From: a bacterium
Lineage (GTDB): Bacteria; Patescibacteriota; Minisyncoccia; Minisyncoccales; PWPS01
Assembly (NCBI GenBank): GCA_018400405.1
Contig: JAGYMX010000001.1
Span: forward strand, 1-61,084
DNA: 61,084 nucleotides
Reading direction: 5' to 3'
Of the stretch, positions 17,209-26,227 are shown piece by piece. A program made the position numbers and the translations under genes. Positions within the stretch are counted from its first letter, which is position 1, and each line of letters opens with the position of its first letter. Under the pieces are notes generated by a model. The model made no database searches, was not told the DNA's origin, and was given only the letters and a program-made list of their open reading frames with translations.

Positions 17209-18816
17209 ATGCCAGAAACATCTCCTCTTACACAAAAACTCATCAAGGATTTTAACCGACCCAAAAAAGGATTTTCAGAAAATACAAAAATCCCAACTAT
17301 TGAGGTAGACGAAATTACAATTCGTGTCGCCAGCTTTTATGAAAAAATAAGAAGTGTAATTGATTGGAGGGGAGAACATCTCTTAAAAAGAAATGCAATC
17401 GAAAGAATTTTACGAAGAAAGATGTTTTCTAAAACCGCTCTCCAAAAGGATATTTCCTCTATCCCCGCAAGACCGCTTATTGTTGACCTTATTCGTTCCG
17501 GGCATTTTAAGAATAAGACAATACCAGAAACAAAAGTAAAAGAGGTACAAAATATATTAGACAAGTATCTTTATGTTATCAAGCATTTCCCCAAAAAAAA
17601 CGGCTCTAAAATATCTTTTGAAAGTTGGCTTTTTTCGATCGCCGCTTGTGAAATAGAAGAAACCCTTTCTAAATCAAACAAAGAAAGAGCTCTTCTTTTT
17701 TATGCTTTTCACTCTTTGAAGAAAAATATCAAAGTTGAAAAAGAGATTAATGAAGAAGAAAAAACCTTACTTCTTTATATCGCAATCCAGCAAGCGCTTT
17801 TCAACCTTGATTCTCCGATTATTACTTATCACATTTTAAAGCTCAAATATAAAAACTGGAAAGAGATATCTCAAGAAGAGCTAAAAGAGCTTCCTTGTAA
17901 AATTACAAAGGAAAAAAAAGAAATTGAACATCTAATAAAAAACTCTCTTTTAAAAAAGTTTTATAGATTTTGTAAGGTTTATAACACTCCCTACCTTTTG
18001 ATTGGAGATATTCTATGCAAAAAAACAGAGAACAAGGCAAAAGAAATTTTTTCTAGCCCTGAAAATACAGAAAAAGAAATATTAGAAGCTTATGGCGAAA
18101 GAACAAAAAAGATGCGAGGTCGTCTTCTTCGGGCAGCAGCTTACGCGACAATATCAATATTTATAACTAATATCGCTGCTCTTCTTGTAATTGAAATTCC
18201 TTTTTCTCGATATATTAACATCGGAGAATTTACTCCCTTTGTTGTTCTAATTGATGTTCTTGTTCCTACATTGCTTATGGCACTTCTTGTCCTCTCTGTA
18301 TCCCCTCCTCCGGAAAAAAATAAAAAAAGAGTTGTTTTAGAAACAATGAAAATAATCTATAAAAAAGGAGAAGAAGAGGAAAATAAATATCTTATAAAAA
18401 AACCGCGGAAAAAAAGAAAATTTCTTTATTTTATTGTTAGTTCTTTTTATGGAATTAGTTTTTGTGCATCTGTGGGGATAATTATTTGGCTCTTGAGTTT
18501 AATCAACTTTCCTCTTCTTTCGTATTTTGTTTTTATTGTCTTTCTTTCTCTTATTGCGTTTGCCGGAGTAAAAATAAGAGAAAGATCAAAAGAACTTTAT
18601 ATGATAGAGATAAAAGAAAGTTTCTTTAGTATTCTTATTGACCTTTTTGCCCTCCCTGTAATACAATTTGGGAAATGGCTTACGCTCCGCTGGGAAAAAT
18701 ATAATCTTGTTTCTATCCTCTTTGGTGCCCTTCTTGATATGCCCTTCAAGTTTTTCTTAGAAATTTTAGACGAGTGGCGAAATTATCTTAAAGAAAAAAA
18801 GGAAGGAATATATTAG
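17209..18816 (+). CDS. Hypothetical integral membrane protein (large soluble N-domain plus ~5 C-terminal TM helices)
   Basis: 535 aa. No motif I can assign. TM helices run from about residue 305 onward. Confidence 0.6.
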   Translation: MPETSPLTQKLIKDFNRPKKGFSENTKIPTIEVDEITIRVASFYEKIRSVIDWRGEHLLKRNAIERILRRKMFSKTALQKDISSIPARPLIVDLIRSGHFKNKTIPETKVKEVQNILDKYLYVIKHFPKKNGSKISFESWLFSIAACEIEETLSKSNKERALLFYAFHSLKKNIKVEKEINEEEKTLLLYIAIQQALFNLDSPIITYHILKLKYKNWKEISQEELKELPCKITKEKKEIEHLIKNSLLKKFYRFCKVYNTPYLLIGDILCKKTENKAKEIFSSPENTEKEILEAYGERTKKMRGRLLRAAAYATISIFITNIAALLVIEIPFSRYINIGEFTPFVVLIDVLVPTLLMALLVLSVSPPPEKNKKRVVLETMKIIYKKGEEEENKYLIKKPRKKRKFLYFIVSSFYGISFCASVGIIIWLLSLINFPLLSYFVFIVFLSLIAFAGVKIRERSKELYMIEIKESFFSILIDLFALPVIQFGKWLTLRWEKYNLVSILFGALLDMPFKFFLEILDEWRNYLKEKKEGIY

Positions 18817-18870
18817 AAAACATTTCTCAATTAGTTTTGCTTAAAATTATTGCTTTTTTTATTTAGAGTT

Positions 18871-20112
18871 ATGAATTATCACATCATTACTTACGGTTGC
18901 CAGATGAACAGGAACGATAGTGAAAGAATTGCTGGTTTTTTAGAAAAAAATGGACTAAAAGAATCTTTAGAAAATAAAGCTGATATTATTTTTCTTAACG
19001 CTTGCAGTATCAGACAATCTGCAATAGATAGATTATATGGAAAGATAAAAAATTTAAAAAAAAGAAACAAGAAACCAATTATCGTACTCACTGGATGCCT
19101 CCTTGAGAAAGATAAGAAAAAACTATCTTCTCTTGTTGATTATGTTTTTACTTTGGAAAAGATTTTTTCTTGGAATCTCCCCTTCCTTAAAGAAGATAAA
19201 AAAAGAAAAACTTTTTACGAAATTACCCCAAAAAGAAAAAATGTTTTTGCACTTATTTCTATTATGTCCGGATGCAACAACTTCTGTTCTTACTGCGTTG
19301 TTCCATATACAAAAGGAAGAGAATTTTCTCGTCCAGCAAAAGATATTTTGCAAGAAGTTGAAGGTGCAGTAAAAAGTGGATTTAAGGAAGTGTGGCTTTT
19401 GGGTCAAAATGTTAACTCTTATAGGGGGGAGATAAGCTTTCCTAAACTACTCCAAGAAGTAAATAAAATTCGCGGAGATTTTTGGATTAGATTTGCTACT
19501 TCACATCCAAAAGATTTTTCAAACGATCTTATAAACACAATAAAGAAATGTAAAAAAATTACTAACTACCTTCACCTTCCTCTCCAATCCGGAGATAATG
19601 AGATTTTAGCGAGGATGAATCGCCCTTATACAAGAGAAAAATATTTAAAAATTATAGAAGACGTAAGAGACGCTGTTCCAAAAATTTCTATTTCTACAGA
19701 TATTATTGTTGGCTTCCCTGGAGAAACAGAAAAAAATTTTCGGAATACTGTAGACATTTTCAATAAAGTACGTTTTGATATGATGTATATTGCTCGTTAC
19801 TCGCCTCGTGTGCAAACAGCGGCCTTTAAAATGAAAGAAACTGTTTCTCCCGATGAGAAAAGAAGAAGAGAAAAAATACTTGAAGAACTTTTAAAAGAAA
19901 GCAACTATAAAAAAAATAAAAAATTTTTAGGAAAAGAATTAAAAGTTTTTGTTTTAAAAGAAAGTAGAAAGAAAGGTATGATTCTTGGAAAAACGGAAGG
20001 GTATAAAAATGTAATTTTCCGCGGATCAAAAAAAACACTTGGTAATTTTGTAAAATTAAAAATACACGGATACTCTCCATGGGGATTAAAGGGAAAAATA
20101 AACCGAAAATAA
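18871..20112 (+). CDS. miaB: tRNA-i6A37 methylthiotransferase (radical SAM MTTase)
   Basis: N-terminal Cys triad (YGCQMN, NACSIR, TGC), radical-SAM CNNFCSYC, C-terminal TRAM. The track ORF starts at TTG 18850. ATG 18871 gives the canonical MNYHIITYGCQMN start. Confidence 0.88.
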   Translation: MNYHIITYGCQMNRNDSERIAGFLEKNGLKESLENKADIIFLNACSIRQSAIDRLYGKIKNLKKRNKKPIIVLTGCLLEKDKKKLSSLVDYVFTLEKIFSWNLPFLKEDKKRKTFYEITPKRKNVFALISIMSGCNNFCSYCVVPYTKGREFSRPAKDILQEVEGAVKSGFKEVWLLGQNVNSYRGEISFPKLLQEVNKIRGDFWIRFATSHPKDFSNDLINTIKKCKKITNYLHLPLQSGDNEILARMNRPYTREKYLKIIEDVRDAVPKISISTDIIVGFPGETEKNFRNTVDIFNKVRFDMMYIARYSPRVQTAAFKMKETVSPDEKRRREKILEELLKESNYKKNKKFLGKELKVFVLKESRKKGMILGKTEGYKNVIFRGSKKTLGNFVKLKIHGYSPWGLKGKINRK

Positions 20113-20984
20113 TTGTTCTTCTTGGACCTACGGCTTCCGGAAAAAGTAATCTTGCCGTCTCTCTTGCTTTGAAATTTTTTGGGGAAGTTGTATCTGCAGA
20201 TTCAAGACAGGTTTATCGTGGAATGGATATCGGTACAGGAAAGATAACAAAAAAAGAAAAGAAAGGGGTTCCTCATTATCTTCTTAATGTTGCTAGTCCA
20301 AAAAGAAGATTTACTGCTTTTCGCTATAAAAAAGAGGCAGAGAAAGCAATAAAAAAAATAATAAAAAGGGGGAAGATTCCTATTGTTTGCGGAGGAACTG
20401 CTTTTTACATAAAAATACTCACAGAAGGATCTTTTTTCCCAGATATTTCACCTGACTGGAGTTTTCGAAAGAAATTAGAGAAAAAAACAAAAGATGATCT
20501 TTTTGCAATAATAAAAAAGAAAGACCCACAAAGAGCAAAAAACATTGATAAAAATAATCGAAGAAGACTTGTAAGAGCAGTTGAAATTATAGAAAAAACA
20601 AAAAAAACTATCCCGAAAATAAAGAAAAAACCTCGTTTTTATCCTCTTTTTTTGGGAATAAAAAAAGACCGTGAAATACTAAACAAAAGAATAGAACAAA
20701 GATTAAAAAAAAGACTTGAAGAAGGGATGGTTAAAGAAGTAAAAAAATTAAAAACTTCTGGTATTTCTTGGAAACGTCTTGAAAGTTTCGGGTTAGAGTA
20801 CAAATGGGTAGCGCTTTATCTCCAAAAAAAAATCAATTATGAAGATATGAAAAAGAAACTTTTTTTTGATATAAAAAAATTTAGCAAGAAACAACTTGTT
20901 TGGTGGAAACACGATAAAAGAATAAAGTGGATAAAAACAAAAAAGGAAGCAGAGCTTCTTGTAAAAAATTTCCTCAACACTTAA
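20079..20984 (+). CDS. miaA: tRNA dimethylallyltransferase
   Basis: 301 aa. P-loop GPTASGKS, SADSRQVYRGMDIGTGK. Overlaps the miaB 3' end by 34 nt. Confidence 0.92.
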   Translation: MGIKGKNKPKIIVLLGPTASGKSNLAVSLALKFFGEVVSADSRQVYRGMDIGTGKITKKEKKGVPHYLLNVASPKRRFTAFRYKKEAEKAIKKIIKRGKIPIVCGGTAFYIKILTEGSFFPDISPDWSFRKKLEKKTKDDLFAIIKKKDPQRAKNIDKNNRRRLVRAVEIIEKTKKTIPKIKKKPRFYPLFLGIKKDREILNKRIEQRLKKRLEEGMVKEVKKLKTSGISWKRLESFGLEYKWVALYLQKKINYEDMKKKLFFDIKKFSKKQLVWWKHDKRIKWIKTKKEAELLVKNFLNT

Positions 20985-21000
20985 TTTAGAATTTTCAATT

Positions 21001-22470
21001 TTAGCGAAGCTTTTCTTTAAATATCTTATTTAGCTCCTTAGGGTTTGCTCTCCCTTTTGTTTTCGCCATTACTTGCCCAATCAAAAACTGAAGAGCCCCC
21101 TTCTTCCCACTTTTATAGTCATTTACTGCATCTCGATTCTTTTCAATAACATCTAAAGTGGCTCTTTCCAGCTCCCCTTTATCACTTACCTGTGAAAGAT
21201 CTTCTTCTTTAATAATTTTTTTCGGGTCTTCACCGTTTTCAAACATTTTTCTTAGAACAGTTTTTGCTATTTTACTGGAAATTTCTTTTTTAAAAAGAAG
21301 AAAAACAAAATCTGCATAACTTTCTGAAGAAACAAGACACTCTTTTATGGTTCTTCTGCCAAGCATCCCTAAAAGATCAGAAAGAAGATAGTTTTTAACA
21401 GTATCCACTACATCCTTTTTCTCACTCGTAGAAAGTTCATCTCGCCACTCTTCTTTTTTTATCTTTTCAAATGATTTTAAAACACTTTCTTCAAAATAAT
21501 CAGCAACATCCTTGTTGTTAACAAAGAAATTTATCTCTTTTTCTTCTTTTAATCCGTAATCTTTTTTAAAACGCTCTCTTTTTTTTTGAGGAAGCTCAAC
21601 GGTAAATTTTATCTTTTCTTTTTCAAATGGTTTTTCGTTAAGATAAAGGGGCGGAAGATCCGGTTCCGGCAAATAACGGTAATCTTGTACATTTTCTTTT
21701 TCTCTTTGACTAAAGGTTTCCTCTTTTTTATCATCCCACCCCCTTGTTTCTTGAACAACTCTCTGTCCTTTTTCTAAAATTTTTCCCTGTCTTTTAATCT
21801 CATATTCCGCGGCATAGTAAACAGCACGAAAAGAGTTTAAGTTTTTTATTTCAACACGCGTCCCCTTTCTTCCTTCCATATGAGACATAGAAATATTTAC
21901 TTCTACTCTCATCTGTCCTTGATCCATGTTTGCGTCAGAAACTCCAAGATAACGGAGTATAATCCTTAGCTCTTCCGCAAACCCGCGTGCCTCTTCTGCG
22001 GAACGGATATCTGGTTCTGTAACAAGTTCCATTAGAGGAACTCCTGCACGATTAAAATCAACCAAAGAGTATCCCTTCTTCTCATCATGAATTAATCTCC
22101 CAGTGTCTTCTTCTAAGTGAATTCTATTAATACGTATCTTTCTTCCTCCAATCTCTAAAAATCCATTAAAACAAAGAGGTCTTCTATCTTGAGATATCTG
22201 ATATCCTTTTGGAAGATCAGGGTAGAAGTAATTTTTCCTGTCAAACCGAGAAACGTCCCGAAGCTCACATCCAAGAGCCATTCCTGTTTGAAGAACTTTT
22301 TTTACAGCCTCTTTGTTAATCACAGGAAGTGTTCCAGGGTGGCCCAGGCAAACGGGACAAACATAAATATTTGGTTCTCGTACTTCCGGATTATTCACAC
22401 AAGAACAAAACATTTTTGATTTTGTCTTCAGTTGTGCATGAATCTCTAATCCAATAACCGGTTTATACAT
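21001..22470 (-). CDS. gatB: Asp/Glu-tRNA(Asn/Gln) amidotransferase subunit B
   Basis: MYKPVIGLEIHAQL start (ATG at 22470; the track start 22488 would overlap deoC). C-terminal YqeY-like domain. Confidence 0.92.
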   Translation of the reverse strand: MYKPVIGLEIHAQLKTKSKMFCSCVNNPEVREPNIYVCPVCLGHPGTLPVINKEAVKKVLQTGMALGCELRDVSRFDRKNYFYPDLPKGYQISQDRRPLCFNGFLEIGGRKIRINRIHLEEDTGRLIHDEKKGYSLVDFNRAGVPLMELVTEPDIRSAEEARGFAEELRIILRYLGVSDANMDQGQMRVEVNISMSHMEGRKGTRVEIKNLNSFRAVYYAAEYEIKRQGKILEKGQRVVQETRGWDDKKEETFSQREKENVQDYRYLPEPDLPPLYLNEKPFEKEKIKFTVELPQKKRERFKKDYGLKEEKEINFFVNNKDVADYFEESVLKSFEKIKKEEWRDELSTSEKKDVVDTVKNYLLSDLLGMLGRRTIKECLVSSESYADFVFLLFKKEISSKIAKTVLRKMFENGEDPKKIIKEEDLSQVSDKGELERATLDVIEKNRDAVNDYKSGKKGALQFLIGQVMAKTKGRANPKELNKIFKEKLR

Positions 22471-22474
22471 AGAA

Positions 22475-23140
22475 TTACAAGTTAGCAATATTTTTTTCCT
22501 CTTCTGCTATTTTTACTCCTGAGCTTGTCCCAATAATATCGGCACCCGCCTCTTCCATGTACTTTGCTTGCGTATAATTTCTAATATTTCCAGAAGCTTT
22601 TACAAGAAGCCCTGGGGCAGACTCACGCATAAGTCGCAAATGGTATGCTTTTTCTTCTACTTCTCTTTCTTCTAAAGGATCTTTTTCCGTTGCTGTTTTT
22701 ACACAAATAGCCCCTGCTTTTTTTACAAGCTCCGATGCTTTTCTTATCTCCTTATCTGTTAAATATCCTGAACCAATAATAACTTTTGTGTCAAGTAGAG
22801 CACATATTGGACGAAGGTCGTCAAGTATTTTTTCGTAATATTCATATTTCAAATCAATAATGTTCATCACAATATCTAATTCGTTTGCTCCCCCCTTTTT
22901 TGCTTTTTCGCAGATACTAATTCTTTCTTCATGCGAAGAAAGGCCCATTGGAGGATCAATAAGAACAACAACCTTTACCTCGCTTCCTTGAAGTTCCTCT
23001 GCACAAAAATCTACCCACTCAGGATTAACACAAACTCCGTGAAAGCCATACTCTTTTGCTTCATCACAAAGTTTTTTAATATCTTCTTTTGTTGCATCTT
23101 TATTAATGTTTGTATGATCAATTTTTTTTGTAATACTCAT
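22475..23140 (-). CDS. deoC: Deoxyribose-phosphate aldolase-like class I aldolase
   Basis: 221 aa. IDHTNINKDATKEDI start, Schiff-base region VKTAT and VKASGNIR. Confidence 0.8.
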   Translation of the reverse strand: MSITKKIDHTNINKDATKEDIKKLCDEAKEYGFHGVCVNPEWVDFCAEELQGSEVKVVVLIDPPMGLSSHEERISICEKAKKGGANELDIVMNIIDLKYEYYEKILDDLRPICALLDTKVIIGSGYLTDKEIRKASELVKKAGAICVKTATEKDPLEEREVEEKAYHLRLMRESAPGLLVKASGNIRNYTQAKYMEEAGADIIGTSSGVKIAEEEKNIANL

Positions 23141-23229
23141 TTTTTAGAAGAAAAATTAAAAATTATTTATTTTTCTTAAGTTAAAACTAATAAATTAACA
23201 ACTTATAGTAACATAAATAACCCTTCCTT

Positions 23230-23694
23230 TCAACGGGCTTTTTCCCATGTTTGGAAAAAAAGTAATGGATTTTTGCCCTTTTTTTCGTTTTTTATCCGCC
23301 ACTCTTTTTTATTAAATTTTGGAAAGTAAACATCTCCCTTAAAATTTTTTTTAATACGCGTAAGATACATCCTCTCTGATCTTCCGATAAACTGCTTGTA
23401 AACAGACCTCCCACCGGCAATAAAAACCTCCCCTTCTGTTTTTGAAAAAACCTCCTCTACTGATCCAGCAACAAAGACATTTTTGGGAAAATTTTCTTTT
23501 TCATGAGAAAGAACAATAATCTTTCTTCCAGAAAATTTTTTAGGAAGAGAACGGTAAGTTTTTTCTCCAAAAACAACATATTTTCCCATTGTCTTCTCTT
23601 TAAAAAATTGCAGATCTTCGGAAAAATACCACGGCAAGATCTCTCCCTGTCCAATAAGCCAATTTTTATCAACAGCAGCGATTATAGATATCAT
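23230..23694 (-). CDS. folA: Dihydrofolate reductase
   Basis: 154 aa. ISIIAAVDKNWLIGQGEILPW and IAGGRSVY. Confidence 0.9.
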   Translation of the reverse strand: MISIIAAVDKNWLIGQGEILPWYFSEDLQFFKEKTMGKYVVFGEKTYRSLPKKFSGRKIIVLSHEKENFPKNVFVAGSVEEVFSKTEGEVFIAGGRSVYKQFIGRSERMYLTRIKKNFKGDVYFPKFNKKEWRIKNEKKGKNPLLFFQTWEKAR

Positions 23695-24512
23695 ACAGCC
23701 ATTTTTGCTTTTATCGGTGGATGGTGGTGATAATTTTCAAGCTCTATATCTTCCATCTTAAAATCTTCTATATCTTTTATCTCTCTGTTTAGCCCTAAAG
23801 AAGGCAAAGAGTAAGGTTTTCTTTGAAGCTGTTCTTTTACCTGTTTAAAGTGATTTTTATAAATATGTGCATCTCCCAGTGTGTGAATAAACTCTCCCGG
23901 TTCCATTTCTGTAACCTGCGCTACCATATGCAAAAGAAGTGAGTAAGAGGCAATATTAAAGGGAACTCCTAAAAACATATCACAACTTCTCTGGTACATC
24001 TGTAAAGAAAGTTTTCCTTTGGAGACAAAAAACTGATAAAAAATATGACACGGAGGAAGGGCCATTTTTTCTATTTCTCCAGGATTCCATGCAGTCACTA
24101 TATGTCTTCTTCCGTAAGGGTTTTCTTTTATTCCTTTAATTGTTTTCTTTAACTGGTCAACAAAACCTCCTTCCGGCTTTTTCCAGTCCCTCCACTGTAC
24201 TCCGTAAATTCTTCCTGCATCACCCTCAAACTCTTGTTTTTCTTTCCAGTACTCAGCATTTACGTTATCATCCCATATATGACACCCCATACCGTGAAGT
24301 TCTTTAATGTCTCGACTTCCTTTGATAAACCACAAAAGTTCTGCTTTCACAGAGTGGAAAAAAAGTTTTTTTGTTGTCACTGCCGGGAAACCATCTCTCA
24401 TATTATAACGTGTTTGTATACCAAAATAAGCCCTCGTTCCAACCCCCGTTCTGTCTTTTCGTTCATCCCCTTCTTTATAAACTTTTTCTAAAATTTGGAG
24501 ATATTTTTCCAT
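23691..24512 (-). CDS. thyA: Thymidylate synthase (ThyA type)
   Basis: 273 aa. DRTGVGT, ALPPCH active-site Cys, QRSCDMFLGVPFNIASY. ATGA overlap with folA. Confidence 0.96.
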   Translation of the reverse strand: MEKYLQILEKVYKEGDERKDRTGVGTRAYFGIQTRYNMRDGFPAVTTKKLFFHSVKAELLWFIKGSRDIKELHGMGCHIWDDNVNAEYWKEKQEFEGDAGRIYGVQWRDWKKPEGGFVDQLKKTIKGIKENPYGRRHIVTAWNPGEIEKMALPPCHIFYQFFVSKGKLSLQMYQRSCDMFLGVPFNIASYSLLLHMVAQVTEMEPGEFIHTLGDAHIYKNHFKQVKEQLQRKPYSLPSLGLNREIKDIEDFKMEDIELENYHHHPPIKAKMAV

Positions 24513-24514
24513 TT

Positions 24515-25114
24515 TTATAAAATTTTTAAAGTTTTCTTTTTAATTTCTTCTGCTACTTCTTTAATACTTCTTTCCCCTTTAATTATCTGGAAAACATCGT
24601 ATTCTTTTGCTAGTCGCATATAACTTTCTTCAATTATCTTTAACTTTTTCTCTTTCTCAAAAAGCTCAAAACTAAATCTACTTTCTGTAATACGCTTAAT
24701 GCACTTTCGAGGAGAAACTTTTAAATAATAAACAACATCTGGAAGAAGAAACCTCTTGTTTATTTCCTTCAACCAATTCCAATCAGGTATCTCTAAAGAA
24801 CCAAAGGCAATTGTAGAAAAAAGATAACGATCACACACAACATTTATTCCTTTTTTAAGGTAAGGTGATACTTCTTTTTTTATGTGATGTGCTCTATCAG
24901 CAGAAAAAAGAAGTTGTAAACACTCGGGAGTGCTTTCCCAGTCACCCTGGAGCTGTCCTCTAATAAGCCCTCCTATAAGGTTGTTTGTTGGTTCTTTTGT
25001 GAGGTGTGTTTTTATTTTTCTTCTTTTCAAAAACTTTACAAGTATCTCCGCTTGTGTAGATTGCCCAGAACCATCAAGTCCTTCAAAAACAATAAACTTT
25101 CCTCTTTTTTGCAT
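24515..25114 (-). CDS. tmk: Thymidylate kinase
   Basis: 199 aa. FIVFEGLDGSGQSTQ P-loop and DRY motif. Confidence 0.92.
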   Translation of the reverse strand: MQKRGKFIVFEGLDGSGQSTQAEILVKFLKRRKIKTHLTKEPTNNLIGGLIRGQLQGDWESTPECLQLLFSADRAHHIKKEVSPYLKKGINVVCDRYLFSTIAFGSLEIPDWNWLKEINKRFLLPDVVYYLKVSPRKCIKRITESRFSFELFEKEKKLKIIEESYMRLAKEYDVFQIIKGERSIKEVAEEIKKKTLKIL

Positions 25115-25662
25115 TATATTTTTTTTATTAAATCTATTATTCTTTTTTCTACTTCTTCTCTTGTTCCTTCATTTTTTATTATAACATCAGAGATCCTCCC
25201 TAATTTTTTTATCTGTATTTCTGATTTTTGAGAATCCATCTCTAAAAATTTTGCAAAAGAGACACTGTCATCTTCTTTTTCTTTTCTGTTTTTTACTCTT
25301 TTCCATCTTTTTTTTGCGCTTGCCGTGATATAAATAATTTTTCCTCCTCTTCTTTTTATAAAATCAAACTCTTCTTTTACTCTTATACCGTTAACAATAA
25401 CTATCTCTGCATCTTCTTCTACGTCCAATTTTCTTTCCAACGCTCTTAAAAGAATATCTTCTCCAAAATGTTCCCGGAGTGTACTTGCCAACCACTGCTG
25501 ATCTTCTTTTTTTATATTTTTAAAAAAAAGACCCAGTATATTACTCAGGGTCTCCGAAAAACGTAAAGATGCTGTATGAGAAAAGTTTTCTTTTGCGATT
25601 CGGCAAAATGTATCTTTTCCAGATCCTGTTTCGCCGACAAGTCCAATTATCTTTTTCTTCAT
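25114..25662 (-). CDS. P-loop nucleotide kinase, resembles phage T4 gp1-type dNMP kinase / dephospho-CoA-kinase-like fold
   Basis: 182 aa. GLVGETGSGKDT P-loop. IVNGIRVKEEFDFIKRRGGKIIYI and C-terminal IIKNEGTREE parallel the T4 gp1 layout (SGVKRSGKDT ... IVPDTRQDHE ... VITNDGSLEE) as I recall it. Confidence 0.55.
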   Translation of the reverse strand: MKKKIIGLVGETGSGKDTFCRIAKENFSHTASLRFSETLSNILGLFFKNIKKEDQQWLASTLREHFGEDILLRALERKLDVEEDAEIVIVNGIRVKEEFDFIKRRGGKIIYITASAKKRWKRVKNRKEKEDDSVSFAKFLEMDSQKSEIQIKKLGRISDVIIKNEGTREEVEKRIIDLIKKI

Positions 25663-25752
25663 TTCTCTTTTCTTAAAAAATCTTAATCAGTTCTTAAGCT
25701 AACTTTATAAAAAAATATTATTTTCTTTTTGTTTTTTAACTCTTACATCGCT

Positions 25753-26226
25753 TTACTCCAAAAAGTTTATTTTCGATTCTGGTTTTTCTAATACCTTAAA
25801 AGAAATCCCTGCACTTTTGAAAAGTTCAACAAAAGAATCTTCAGAGTAACGGTTAAAACTAATAAAACTTTTTATTTTCGCGTTTACGAGCATTTTTGCA
25901 CATAAAATGCACGGTGTGTGCGTACAGTAAACGATAGAATTCTCAAGAGAAACTCCATGTAAAGAACTCTGTATAATTACATTTTGTTCCGCGTGGATCG
26001 CTCGACATATCTCGTGCATTTTTCCAGAAGGAATATTGTTTTCATCTCTTAAGCAACCCAGCTCCAAACAGTCCTTCATCTTTGCCGGAGCTCCGTTATA
26101 CCCAGTAGCAAGTATTCTTTTATCACGAACAGCGACTGCACCCACCTTTCTTCTTCTGCAAGTTGAACGTTCTGCAACAACAGCAGCAATTTTTAAAAAA
26201 TAATCATCAACGGAAATTCTTTCCAT
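25753..26226 (-). CDS. comEB: dCMP deaminase (ComEB family)
   Basis: 157 aa. Zinc motifs HAEQN and PCILCAKM. The start lies 1 nt after the rplK stop. Confidence 0.9.
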   Translation of the reverse strand: MERISVDDYFLKIAAVVAERSTCRRRKVGAVAVRDKRILATGYNGAPAKMKDCLELGCLRDENNIPSGKMHEICRAIHAEQNVIIQSSLHGVSLENSIVYCTHTPCILCAKMLVNAKIKSFISFNRYSEDSFVELFKSAGISFKVLEKPESKINFLE

Positions 26227-26227
26227 C

